Source: Hydrolagus colliei
Lineage: Eukaryota
DNA length: 64,000 nucleotides
NCBI GenBank assembly: GCA_035084275.1
Contig: CM068749.1
Location: 15,190,001 to 15,254,000 of the forward strand
Direction: 5' to 3'
The translations under genes were made by a program, and so were the position numbers. Below the pieces are notes generated by a model that saw only the letters and a list, made by a program, of their open reading frames with translations, was not told the origin of the DNA and ran no database searches. Shown in pieces: positions 1 to 12,900 of the stretch; position 1 is the stretch's first letter; every line of letters begins with the position of its first letter.

Positions 1-869
1 CTGAATTGCTTTACCAAAACAATATTAGTAAAATCAAGTTTTCATACTCCCAAGAGTTAGCTAATGAAATCCTTGTACTTATTTCTGTTTATGAAAGACC
101 CGGATAAAATAGTTGACTTTTGATACTCAAGAGATGAGGTGAAAGGGTTACACAACAGCTTTCTGTTCCTTGCTTGTCTGCTTCATTGCCCCTGACAGTT
201 CATGTCTTTGTCTTATAAATGTGGAGTGATGTATGGAGAAAAAATATGGTTTCCTAAAGGCAACAGCAAAATGTGAGATTTAAACCATCTTTGCCTTTGG
301 GGGAGTGCTGTAAGGGGATTTGAACATGGAGATTTACTTTTCGGAATGGAAACTGAATCCACAAATCTTCCTTGAGCGGATTATTGTTAAACGCCTGTAT
401 TATCTATTGCATTCTAAAATCTTTTTAGTCTTGTGACAACAATTTGTTTTTAAATAGCTGCAGCATTTACATTTATAATTCACACTGCAGGCCAGTGTTT
501 GCTGAGTAGTGGGAAGCTGCTGCAGCTGTAGAATAGTATGAAATCACAGAGGTTGTTTGCAATATTCATGCAGTGTTTCTGTTCCTGAGCACGTTTTTTG
601 GCTTTACAGTATTTGCATCATGTCAAAACAAATGATCACAGAAAGCCAAATATTAAACAGGCTCTGAATAAAGAATCTCCAGCACTGGACAATGTGTTGT
701 GTCCGTCTTGGATGGAATTATATTCCAGAATTCACATTGGACCAGGTGTTCAGGTCCTACTCATCAGAAGCCATACAATATGTTGGCAGGTTGCAGGGCT
801 GAACTTAATTTACATTCACAAGCACAGTCAAATCGGCACCTGACATACTTAACAGAGTTCACAAGGGAA

Positions 870-1060
870 GAACCCATCCCGTGTCAGTTCTGGATGTTGA
901 GCTGATTGTTACCGTGACCTCTTTGCCTGACTTTAAATCGCATCTGAAGACTTTCCTCTTCGACCTTCCCTTTCTCCCAAAGCTTAGCATCAAACTGCGC
1001 TATTGTTCAGTTCTCTGAGATGCTACCCCATGCAAAGGCACTCCATAAATACAGGTGTTG
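870..1060 (+). mobile_element. Older L2 3' fragment
   Basis: TTTAAATCGCATCTGAAGACTTTCCTCTTCGACC (FKSHLKTFLFD); tail AAAGGCACTCCATAAATACAGGTGTTG. Confidence 0.75.
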
Positions 1061-2040
1061 CTGTCACAGTTATTATCACAATGATTTAATCTCAGTCTGA
1101 CTACAGATGTACAAAGCTATTAAAATTATAAAAAGTAATACAGGAGAAATGAAGGGTAAAGAGTGGTGTGTGACAGGAAAATGGAGAGGGAATTAGAATG
1201 GGTAGAGGCACATGTGGAGACTAAATACTTGATTGACAGTTGACAAGTTGGGCAAAATGCCTTGTTTTAATGCAGTAGAGTTTATATAATTCTGTAACCG
1301 TCACACGTAATAGGCAGAAAATCTATTTTCTTGAAAACTTAGCATAGACCCTTTGTATCCTGTTAATTTATGTGAAACGATACAAACGTCTGTGTATTTT
1401 GGCACTAGGGAAATGACTGAGTTCCACCTTTTTCTCAGGGTAATGGTTTGACAAATACATGGTGACAGTCAAAGCAGAAGTGCAGATAAGGGCAACCTTA
1501 TAAAATGTCAACTTGTGTAGGCTGAGTTGGTCTTGCAATACGTGGACCATAAGTGTCATTAGCTATAGATTTCTGTATATCTGACAAAAGGGAAATGATA
1601 GCTGAAATGACAATGTAATACAGTAGTTACATAAATCTGCAGCTAATTAGTAACGGCCCCTTTGTGGATCAGCAATGTGGATAATTGGACATTGCACATT
1701 CAGCGTGACATAAATGACATTGTAACACCATGTAAGTCCTCATCTAACTTCTCCTCCTCAGCTGCAATACCTTCAGGCACAGGGCTAACTTCCATTTGAG
1801 CCCTGAGAAATCTCATCTCAACTCAATAATCACCTTTAATCCCCAAACCAATGCTGTTCTCGTTGCCTGTGTGTCCAGTAACCAGGGTTATGCTTAAATT
1901 TTCTACAGCACAACGCCAACAAAACCATGTCTTACTCCTCTTTCCAGCACCAATGCTTCTGGCTCCAGTGCCATTAAACTTCCTGGTTGCTCACTCAGAC
2001 TGACTGTAGTGGTGTACAACCACTGTTGTGTTGTCGATGC

Positions 2041-2400
2041 AATAAATAATAATTATTCTTGAATCTAATGTTGGCACATCCCAAAGTGCTTCACAGGTAA
2101 TTGCTGTTCGGTGCATTGAATGAATTTGTGGGCTCCTCATTTTGTGCACTGCAAGATCCCATAAAGAGGCATGATGTTATCTGTAGAGTTGTTTCTTAAG
2201 ACAAGAGATGAAACACAATCCAAACTAAATCTTCTTTTGAATAGTGTCATGGGATTTTTAACATTCCCAGAATAAATGGACATATCTTTGAGGGAGGTTA
2301 TCCAAATGACAACACTTCTGACAATTCAACCCTCCCCAATGAGTTGTACTCTTGACAAGAAGCTTGAACCCACAGCTTTCAGAGACAGGACTGAATCAAG
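2041..2400 (-). mobile_element. Older Deu-domain SINE
   Basis: TTTGTGCACTGCAAGATCCCAT, CTTTTGAATAGTGTCATGGGATTTTTAACAT, B-box-like CTTGAACCC. Confidence 0.65.
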
Positions 2401-2734
2401 CTGAAAAAATAGGCTTTTGTTTGATCCTGAACAGACTTTGAAACCCAGCTTCTTCCACTTCTGGAATGTTGTTATTATCCATGGGGAAGTGCTTTCAGAC
2501 ACTATTTACATGTTAATAGCACTGTACATTTTTTTTGTTAAAATGTAATGTCATTTCACAATATAGTTGCAGTTTTTTACACATCTTAAATAGGACAAAT
2601 ACTTTACTACATGATGCATGCTTACAATGTTTTCTACCAGACGTACTTTTTAAATCACACATCATCTGGTCCTGGTAGCAAAATGTGTTGTCATGGTTGT
2701 ATCAATTAATGTTACTTTAATTAGAAACTGGAAG

Positions 2735-2975
2735 TGTGTGCCTGGCTATGTTTTCAGATACCTGTACGATGCCTGTAATCTCTGGAACTTGCTTCCTCTA
2801 CCCCTTTATCTCAACAGCTCTTTATTTGTCTTTATATCCCACCTCAGAACCTATGACCAGGACTGTATTCGCCCACCCTTCTTTTCTCCCTCGCTTGGCA
2901 TCTTACCCTGTCATTGAGAAATGCCCTGAGACATTATTCGATGCGAAGAGTACGATATAAATGCAAATTACTATT
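2735..2975 (+). mobile_element. Older L2 3' fragment
   Basis: CTCTGGAAC...CCCACCTCAGAACCTAT; tail TGAGACATTATTCGATGCGAAGAGTACGATATAAATGCAA. Confidence 0.6.
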
Positions 2976-3213
2976 ATCGTCACTTCCCTGTAAATTACCG
3001 CTAGCTCTCAGCTGCAATCTCTAAATGTGCTGCTGAAACTTTTAGGGGTGAACATGGCAACATATCAACACAATTTATTCCTTTAGATAGTGTATTTCCT
3101 GATTGTTCGACTATGTTGAGAAGCACAGAGGAACCAAATCCCGATTCCACCTGGATTTCTGCACCCTTTCAGGAAGCTATTGTGTAATGACAAGGAATGG
3201 TATCTTTGAAATA

Positions 3214-3330
3214 TTTGCCCACAAATATACAGTCAATTCACTTTTCAGCATATTCTGTGAAGCGCTTTGAGATGTCTAGAATACCTGAAAAGTGCTATAT
3301 CAAAATGTATAAATAATAATTATTATTATT
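3214..3330 (+). mobile_element. SINE 3' fragment
   Basis: ATATACAGTCAATTCACTTT...GAAGCGCTTTGAGATGTCTAGAA...(ATT)n, matching 16990-17086. Confidence 0.85.
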
Positions 3331-6227
3331 CTCCTCCTTTCCTCTACCCAGGAAAGTTGAGGCCAATTGCAGGATCCACAGAGCAATTGAAACTGAGATT
3401 GGCAAAAGTAGAATACTGTAGATCATCAATGAAACCTAAGACAACCATTTTGGCTGGTTGGTAAAGTTCCTACCCTCATGATTGGGTGATCTGTTATTAT
3501 AGGGATTACCTGTCATAGTGTGCCTGCCAGCAAGGCCAGTAGCAACATTTTACCGCTTGGATCTTCCGTGCAGCTCAGTATTAAACCATTTATTATTAAT
3601 AATATTTGTTGAATTTATGCATTCTGCTATTGAAAGAGGTTTGATTTTCTTTCCTTCCATTCAGTCACCAAAATCAGCTTCAAGTCTACCTGTTTCCTTC
3701 ACTGTAGCTCACAGATGGAATGGGTCTTGTTGGTGGAAATTTAATTTAGTTATGGATTTCATTAGATTTCATTATTGTTTGTTTGCCACCTTGGATCTAC
3801 TGTGGATACATATGGTACCTTCAGGCTTTTGAATGCATTTGTGGCTTCACCTTTTTTATCCTACCCCCAAACATTCAACAATGATTCTATATGTGTCCTT
3901 ATCCGCTCCCAACCAAGAGCTATCCTCAGTGTGTATGGCTTTTTATCCAAGGATAACAATGTCAAACATAACACATGGACTTTTGGCTTTGTAAACGGAA
4001 AGTTAAGAATGTACATTTCAGACAGTCATTTGGGTTTTCAATTTCCAGCCTCTGTGAATATGTTTCACTCCAGAATCATTGAATGTATCCCAATGCTTGC
4101 GTGTGGATTATGCTGCCAATACATTGGAATTTTACCCCAAGAAATATTAAAATCCTATCGTTGTAATAGGAACAAATGGGTGACAGACTTAACATCAGTT
4201 TTTTTTTAATTACTTAGGAAACCCTTAAACCAACACTGGTATAAAATATATATGTATTCATGAACACTCTAAATAAATGTAATCTTGCAAGTTGATGTGT
4301 GTGTTAATAATAATGCAAGGGTTATTATTATTAGCACCAATCTCACTATAGAGTTTGATATATTTTTGTGAGCAGTAAAACAAGTATCACTGGTATTTAA
4401 AATCTATTGCATTGTAAAGATTATATAAAATAAACTGCCAAAAAGCTATTGTTTCAACGCTCACCTCAAGCTTCAATTTTTAAAAGAATCACAGCCTTGT
4501 ACCCATTACTCAGTGTAGAATCTTCAATTATTTTAAAATAAGAAAGGTGTGAGAATGTTGACAAAACATTTATTAACTGCTTAAAAAGAGAAGTCGTGAT
4601 AATCAATTATTTCTGACAGATCAACATTTGGTGTGTTTACTGTCCTCCAAATGATAGATGATATTGCACACACTACGTGTGAGCACTGCAGTATAACATT
4701 GAATCAAATGGATTGCACTTAAAATCTTCTGCTACCTAAACTTAAAAATGTAGTGACTTAATGCAATTGCTTACTGTACTGACATGCCTGTGCAATTGTT
4801 TGAATTCAGGAATAAATTGAGCAAAAGTGAACTGTTCTATATAGTAGATCTGGGGGTTGAACTTCATGGTAATTAACTCGGAATTACTTTTATTTCCACC
4901 TTTATTGCTTTCTTACCAATGCATCTTTGGAGTAATGGTATAAATTATTATGAAGAGTGGTTTAATGGTATGTGATTTGTTCCAATGCTGAATCTAGAGG
5001 ACATACCATTCAACTACCGTAACTTTACCTACTGTATCTTTAGCTGCTCAAATGCATGAACTCAGTAGTTTGGGACAATATTTCTGCTTTGCTACTTCGT
5101 GAGTTTTCAGAAATGTTCATGAAATAAAACTTGTCTGCTTGATGTTTGATTCGTTCATAAACTGTTTCATAAGGACGTAGTTTAAGAAATGCTTTTTATG
5201 CATCAAAGCATATTAGGTAAAGATAAAATGATTCAGTTTTCTACCCTTCCTGCAGTTGAGAGGTCAAATAAACCTAGCATTTTTCAGATGACTTAAACAG
5301 ATTTCTTTTTACAATTAAATCCCAGGATTGTGTTTTTCCAATGGCTGTCACTTATTTGGGTCACCTTTAAAACCATATGCTTTGAATTATTTTAGGTTCT
5401 GTTCATTCGCAGTAGCATTAATGAGTGACTAATACTAATGGTGTATCTGGCATATCGATCTATTCTGAGTTTGGAAATGTAGTGTTCCAATTGACTAAAC
5501 ATAATACTTCCTCTGCATTTAAAAACTTAATTGGAGACATTCAGTTCTGATTGTGAGCTGCTCTTAGCTGTTCACCCCTCCTGTATGCTATCCACCAAAG
5601 TGGAGCATTTCTCCCTTATTAAGCATCTTTGAAACTGCATAGGACCTGGAAAAATAAGATATTAAACTGAAGCTGTGATTGATCGGTAATGGAGTTTGCT
5701 TGTACCATGGTTCAAATCCAACAGGATGATTGAAAGGCTTGATCTGCAGTTTTATTCTTTGATGAGCCAGCCAACCATAGATTCTCCACCATAGTATAGG
5801 CACAATTTAATTAATAAATCAACCGGTTAAGAAAAAAATTGTTTTGGTGCACTATTGATTATAATTATGGAGCAGAACCTAAGGGAACTCTACTCCAGAA
5901 GTGGATTGTGTTGTTGTGGAATTCCTGTGTAGCACATTCCTGGTCACTGACATAAGTTGCTATTTGCTTTCTATTCAGTAGATAGCAATAAGAAACAGGA
6001 ACTAACATTAACATATCTCCCCTTCTTTAGTCCAGGGAGCAAAGTAAAAGGGCAAATTCATCCTCCCTCCCACTATTAATCAGCTTGTTAGTACAGATTT
6101 GGAATAGAACCTACAACTTCTGGGTCAATATGGATTTTTGCTCTACCCTTCAGTGCCATTGTTAGAGGACTATCCAACTATCCTTTTTTTTAACAATTGG
6201 ATTTGCTTGAGATTATTTGTTCATCCT

Positions 6228-6440
6228 TGTCTGCTCCACGTCCCCTGACCCACCCACCCATTCATTGGGGCGAGCCTGCAGTCACTATTTCAAGTCTTGC
6301 CTCAAGACTCTTTTCTTCGATGGAACCATTGGCAACTCCTACCCCCCACCCCACCCCACCACCAGTGTATCTGTCTAATGCCTTGGGACGTCCTCCTGAT
6401 GTGAAAGGTGCTATACAAATGTAATTTTGCATTGTTGTTA
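6228..6440 (+). mobile_element. L2 3' fragment
   Basis: CTGCTCCACGTCCCC start shared with 37497; tail GCCTTGGGACGTCCTCCTGATGTGAAAGGTGCT. Confidence 0.85.
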
Positions 6441-7961
6441 TCTTTAGACTTGAATACTTCATAAAGTCCATTATCCTTGAGTGAAATGTCATACTATGTT
6501 TTTAAAAACATTAGACAAAGCTTTGTTCTGCAAATCATGGTCACTTGTTTCATTCTATTAGCTTTTAAGTGTGGAAGTTTGAATATAATGTCAAAACTGT
6601 AATACTCTGTGTATTACCTTTTAATCAACTGTTGGATGACGGATTTTGTTTGAAACTGTTCCTCAGGACTGTGCATGTGCCTTCAGCAGGGAGTGAATAT
6701 GCCTCTGAGTAATCTTGATGATTTGTGGAAAACAGAATCTGTCACCAAATAAAATAGAAGTAGTTTTATTTACCAGAACACACTTTCTACATCTGTTATC
6801 CTGATATACAGTACAGTATTCAGTCCTTGCACACACATAGGACATCAGTAATTATGACTTTGATCTATGTCTTTCAATACCATTGCATTTTTTTTAAAGA
6901 GTACAATATGTCACTAAGAGACAATTTAATTTCTTCTAGTAGCTCCAATGCTTTTCAGTTCTCCAATGGCCTTGGTCCCCTTTGTCCTGTGCTCTTGCTT
7001 TATCCCGTTAATAACCTTCAGATACACAAAAGAAAAAAAAAAGCGTACAAAAGGAAACCTGTCCAATTTAACAGGTAGAAGAAAATTGATGTTCTAGTTT
7101 CAGAATTTTCCCTTGAGATGACAATCAACTTGCTGCATTAACAGATAATGGAAAGGTACATGTAAGATGCTATTCTGGGGGCTAATGCAATACATTAGCT
7201 GTTTTGAAGGAGTACCCTATCCACATTGTGATAGTGGTGAAATACACAGGTTCTAATTTGTACATGAGTAAGATGGCAAGTTTTGAGTTGTGAAAGAAGG
7301 ATGTGTCTATAAGAACTGAAATAACTGACTTTTCCCTCCCTGTCCACCAAACATGTAGCAATAATAAGTTACCATTGGATCTAAGAAGAGATGGGATGCT
7401 GTAACCCAAATGCATTGCTTAAGATTAATACATTTTAAACTAGTTTATAACGTTTTTGCTCTGCCATCTTGGTCAGATTTCATATCTGTATTTAGATTGT
7501 AGAACTCAGGAACTCCAGCCTTATCACTCATTCCTTCCCTTAGCTTGTTCAAGGCGAATCTCAAGGTGTACCTCTTTGTCCACATTTTTGGTCATCTTTC
7601 TCCTCCCCACCTACATTGGCTGCAGTAGGAATTATTGCTGTTGTATTATGTGTATAATGTGTCTTATGCATAATTTTTATCTGTTTTGATTCCGTTCCTA
7701 TTGTCAATCGTGAATTCTCCCCTCCACATAGTTGATTTGCGCTGAAGGATCAATGATGGTGAAATAATTGCTGGACATTTGTTTAATGATTATCACTGAT
7801 ATGCAAATAATGATCAGTAAATGCTATATCAAAAAGGTAATTCTTTGGCAGAGAGTAACCTAATCTCAGTTCCAGTTGTCATAATTTATGATATCAATGA
7901 ATAATGAATAGCCATGTAACATTATTCTTACTCTGTGTGTACATGTATATATATATAAATA

Positions 7962-8466
7962 CAGTAAAAGCCTGTTTATCCGTGACTCGATCAACCGGAA
8001 CGTCCGTATAACATGTATGTCAAAACAAAAGATCCCATCCAATTAACCAGATGTTATCCGGCACAATCGCGGTGGCGCATTTAATTAATCGATTGTCGCA
8101 CGAGAGTACTGTGCAGGTATTTCGGTTTGCCGCTAGTAGAGCCTTAAAGTCATGCTACCATTTTGTTCCCTTGTGTGACATCCGCCATTGTAGAAGTTAT
8201 CGATAGACTATACACATCTACCCCAGCATCATGGCTTCAAACCAGGCATCTACCAGCAAAGGTGATTTTTTGGTGAATTTTTAGATGAAAAACAAAGGTC
8301 TCTTATGATCTGTTATTATTTAGTCTATTATTAATATGGTATGTGTTAAAATAAGTTAATTTTTTTTGTGTTGGGTTTTCGGCGTTGGATCCGACCGAAT
8401 ATCTGGAATGCCGTTTAATCGGCATTGGCTAGGTCCTGCGGGTGCCAGATAAACGAGCTTCTACTG
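7962..8466 (+). mobile_element. Non-autonomous Tc1/mariner-superfamily (Tigger/pogo-like) MITE, copy 1
   Basis: TA|CAGTAAAAGCCTGTTTATCCG ... CAGATAAACGAGCTTCTACTG|TA; imperfect TIRs of about 24 bp, TA target sites, inserted beside a (TA)n tract; no transposase ORF. Confidence 0.85.
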
Positions 8467-8468
8467 TA

Positions 8469-9172
8469 TGCCGGATAAACGGGCTTTTACTGTACGTGTA
8501 TATATATATATATATGTACACAGCACCTGCGGGACCTGGCCAATGCCAGTTAAAGTGCCTGCCGGATATTCGGGCAGCCCGCGGCCAAAAACCCACTACA
8601 AAAAAATTTAATTTATTTTAACACACACCATACGCACCGGACTAAGTAATAACAGATAATAACAGAATATTATATTGGTACTTATTGTTAAAACTACTCT
8701 CTTGCGCTTCTCACCTTTACTGATTGAGGTTTACAATCCAGTGATTCTTTTTTAAATGGAGGACGCCAAGCGGGTGAAAAAAATGGCAGCGCAATTTTAA
8801 AATCGCGCGACTTTACTAGCTGCAAGCCGATAACCCTAGACTCTACTAGCGGCAAACCGAAATACTGCACCTGCGCAACAATGTGGGTTATCGGCTAGTG
8901 TTATCGGCTTGCTGCTAGTATGGCTTTAAATTCATACCCGCTCCATTTTTTTCACTGCTTGGCGTGCTCCATTTTAAAAAGAATCGCTGGACTATAAACC
9001 TCAACCGCAGCATCATGACTTCAAGCGCAACATCTACCAGCAAAGGTAAAAATCGTAAGAGTAGTTTTAACAATAAGTACCAATACAGTATTCTGTTATT
9101 ATGTTATTATTTATGCATTTGCTGGTTATACAGTGCTGGTCCATCGAGTCACGGATAAACTGGCTTCTGCTG
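8469..9172 (-). mobile_element. Related Tigger/pogo-like MITE, copy 2, inverted relative to copy 1 and internally palindromic
   Basis: Ends ATCGAGTCACGGATAAACTGGCTTCTGCTG|TA, the reverse complement of the start of copy 1. 8523-8660 mirrors 8310-8445. Internal arms at about 8643-8839 and 8896-9113 are mutually complementary. Confidence 0.85.
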
Positions 9173-9671
9173 TACATATATATGTGTGTGTTTAATATTC
9201 TGATAAGAAATAAATTAGACTCATTCTGTATTATTCAATTGACAGCTTTCATCTTTTGTGAATAATTCTTGCTTTCCAATAATGTTATTCCATCATCCAG
9301 CTGTTTCCCCTAGAGTTCCCTTGAAACTGTTGGATGCTCAACACCATGTATGCTTTCTTTAACTGAGAGGAAATGAAAGACAGCTCATGAACTCCTTCAC
9401 CGCTTTTAGGAATACAGATTCCTCTCTGTGAACGTGCAACATTCAGATGGATTTTGTACAGAGAAGTCTAGGATGAGACTGCCAGAAGATTTGTACAACA
9501 TCTTTATTTCCTTTTCGAAATAAGGGGGCAGAAATACCTCGACTTTAAAATGCTTTTTTTTTTGCATTAGCATTTTGTAAAATTTTAATTTAATGACAAT
9601 CTTAATAAATCTTAATTTTGAAGCTGTTTTTCTCTAGGTTCTTTATACAGTATTAAAAAAACTTTAAAAGT

Positions 9672-9998
9672 TAATAATAATCCTTGCATTTGATGTAGCT
9701 CCTTATCACATCTTTGAGACATTTCAAAGCGCTTCACAGAATATACTGTAAAGTGTAGTGACTATATTTTGTAGATGATACCCGGCAGCCAATTTGCACA
9801 CAGTTATGTATCACCACCAGTTGTGGATCGAGTGACCAATTTTTTTAAAGGGATTATTACCTCCGGAAAAGCAATCTGCCAATTTACTGCTTGGTAAAAC
9901 AGAGATGTGTGGAGTAAGGAAACTTGCCCAATGTTTCGCCCTGCTGGGAATCGAAGGCTTGCGAGGCAAGTACTCTAACCACTGAGCTACAGGTCTCC
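9672..9998 (-). mobile_element. tRNA-derived SINE of the same family, near full length
   Basis: Reverse complement starts GGAGACCTGTAGCTCAGTGGTTAGAGTAC, shares GGGCGAAAC...TTTCCTTACTCCACAC with the 16767 copy and ends in (ATT)n at 9672. Confidence 0.9.
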
Positions 9999-12900
9999 AA
10001 AGACCAAATTTAAGAATTGCCTCAGCAATTGAATGCTCTGAAATGCTAAGAAAAAGCCTAACTCTAGATTTTGTGCAATTTCTCTCCCAAATTGAGGTAC
10101 TATAGTGTTGGAACAGTAAGATATTGTACTTTCAAATCCCGTTAAAAGAAATGTATTATAATCAAGAAATTTCAGTGTTTGGAGACTTTTAAGTGTACAG
10201 GTGAAATTTTAGAAGGGCAATGTACTTTACTTTCTGCCTAAAATAATCCCCATCCTGAAATTTCTACTCATCTGTATTACTAATGCTTTTGAAATAAATC
10301 CCAGTTATAATAATTCTATGTCATATAAAAATCTGGCAGACCATTTTAAATCCCTGCATTTTAGAAATGAACTTGCATTCAACACAATTTGCATATTAAC
10401 ACCACGTAAGCACATCGTTTTGTTTACTATTAATTTTGCTGCAAATTTTGGTTGCTTATAACTGGTACCAAAAATCATTTTACAAGATTTGACAATGAAG
10501 ACTAGATGCAGCTTCTTCGTAAATAGTTAAGCTTTTCTTTATTGCAATCTCCATAAAGCAATGGTAGCATGAGAATTATCTGAAGACCTCTAGTTTGCCA
10601 AATTGTCATCCTTGGATCTCCTAGACATCTCCATCATCACTAGTCTTTAAGCTTTTTTTTGCTTTGAACTTCGACCAAGAAATTCATATTTTAATTTCTT
10701 TTAAAGATGCAACTTTTCTCCCTCGTCTGGGCTGTGCATATTCTTATTGTTTTGATATCTTTCATGTATTGATCCATTTCTTCTCTAGCTGGTGCAATCA
10801 TTGTGGAATTGCAACTTAAATTTGTTTTTTAAGAAGGAATCAGTGAAGTTATTTCTAGAGCCTTTCAAGCATTGCTGTACTCTGTCAACCTGAGGTGTTC
10901 AACATCCACAGTTACAGTATTACTGAAGCCAAACCCACTGAATGCCTGATTTACAAAGTGTGACAACTCCTTAACTGATGAAGGATTCCACAGAAATGAT
11001 TGGCAGTTGGATTAGCAGGGGTTTTGGGGTGATTGATCCACTTTGATCAGGTTGAACTCACAAAATGACAATTTTCCACTGTTGGTGCTCACTGCACCTC
11101 TGTCATACCCTCCGTGAAGTAAAACCATGTGGATCAGAAACTGAAGACCTTTGATGCAGAAAAAATCCTGTTGATGGAATACAAATTGCATCTCATACAA
11201 TTTTTGCTGCAATTGAGAAATGTTAGGAATCAAAAATGCACAGCAAGGATTTCAGCTTTGACTTTAATTAATTAAGGATTTATGAAAGGTTACCCTAAAT
11301 CTATGTAACTTGAGGGGGGATGGCATCAGTAATATTTGTAATAATTCATATCATAGATTGTAGCTCTTCTGTTGTCAAACTGACTCAAGATCGAATACCT
11401 GAACATGGGGATCAAGCCAAGTAGATTATGCAAAATATTTCCCATACCAAGATCATATAAAGTACTTTGAAGGGTATATTCATTATTTTAAATGAACAGT
11501 ATATTAAAGTGTCAATTTTCATGTCCTTGATTTTCTTCTTTTAAGAGAATGTTCAATCCATTAGCAGTAAGTACAGTATAAGAAAACGTGAGTGACTCAT
11601 GGAGTTTTCAGGGTTAAATTATAGTTAACATCATCATTCTTATTATGAGGTGATACTACCTAGATTATATTAAACTAAGCCCAGAACTTCTATAATAAAA
11701 ACCTTTAAAAATTAATTGAATCACGCAAGTCTGTGCTCTCCATGCTCATAGTGCAAGCTCAGATTTGTTATAATAATTCTTACATTCTGTATCGTTTTGA
11801 GGTTTTGTTTTAACCAACATTTTGCTTTAAGCTTGCAATTGTTGGCATGAATCATTTTGTTCACATTTTGTCTTTGCATAGTTCCAATTTGAACTTTCCA
11901 CAAAGAAGCGCAACATTAACCAAGGGTTGAGAGATTGTGCACATTGATGTGGGACGAAGGACCATGTAGAATAAAAGCAAGGGAAAGGCAGACACCCATG
12001 GAAAACATTTCCTGTGGAAAGGCAAATCTAGGATTCTCACCCAAAAGATAAAGGGTTTATCACCTTTGAAAAGATGAGTCACTTTAGCTGTTGGTCTTTG
12101 CTCCTTCATTGACTCAAATTATAAACCCATTGCTTGATGTGAATCTGAGTTGTATTTTGATTTGATCGCCATACTCAGTTATTCGATCTCAAGTCATTTT
12201 GACCAACAGAGGAGCTACAATTGGCGAGGACAGTGTCTTTAAAAAATGAGGATGGAAGAGATTAAAATTAAATGGACCGGGAAAAATATAAAAACAGCTG
12301 GTGCGGTGTATACCCTGCTGACAGGTTTGCATGGGATGGTGGGAAGTTTGGCACAGGTAGAACATTTGAGCTCATTGTATTACCATCAGCCTGGTTGAAT
12401 TTCATTCTTAATAAGTACACTCAAGGAATCCCTTGAGATCCTGCAACCTGTTCAGGAAATTTATAAAGTGCAGAGACAGTTTTCAAGCTTCTGTTATTTA
12501 GCCGCATAAAGGTATGAAAACTAAGCAGTGAAGGCTAATGAACATCTAATCTAAAAAAAATACTTTTTTTTGCTGTATTGAAAAAAAACTATGGTCCTTA
12601 TTAGTATTACATTTTACATTGATATTTATTTAGTTTCCAAGATCTGACCCCTTCAAATCAACTCAAGATCACATTCTGTTCACATAGTTGCGATGATCTA
12701 AGCTTCGAAATTCTGCCTTGTTCTCTTGATCGTGGTGACCAGTCATAAGAGACTGGAGAGGTTAACCTTTCCCTGTTCTGTTTCTGTGGGCTATTGTGAT
12801 AGGCATGTTGGGGTGAATAGCCAGGCTGATCTGCTGTTCTCTAAGGCATTGCTGATGGCAGGACAGACCAGCCTGGTTTATCAGCAAGACTTGGAGGAGC

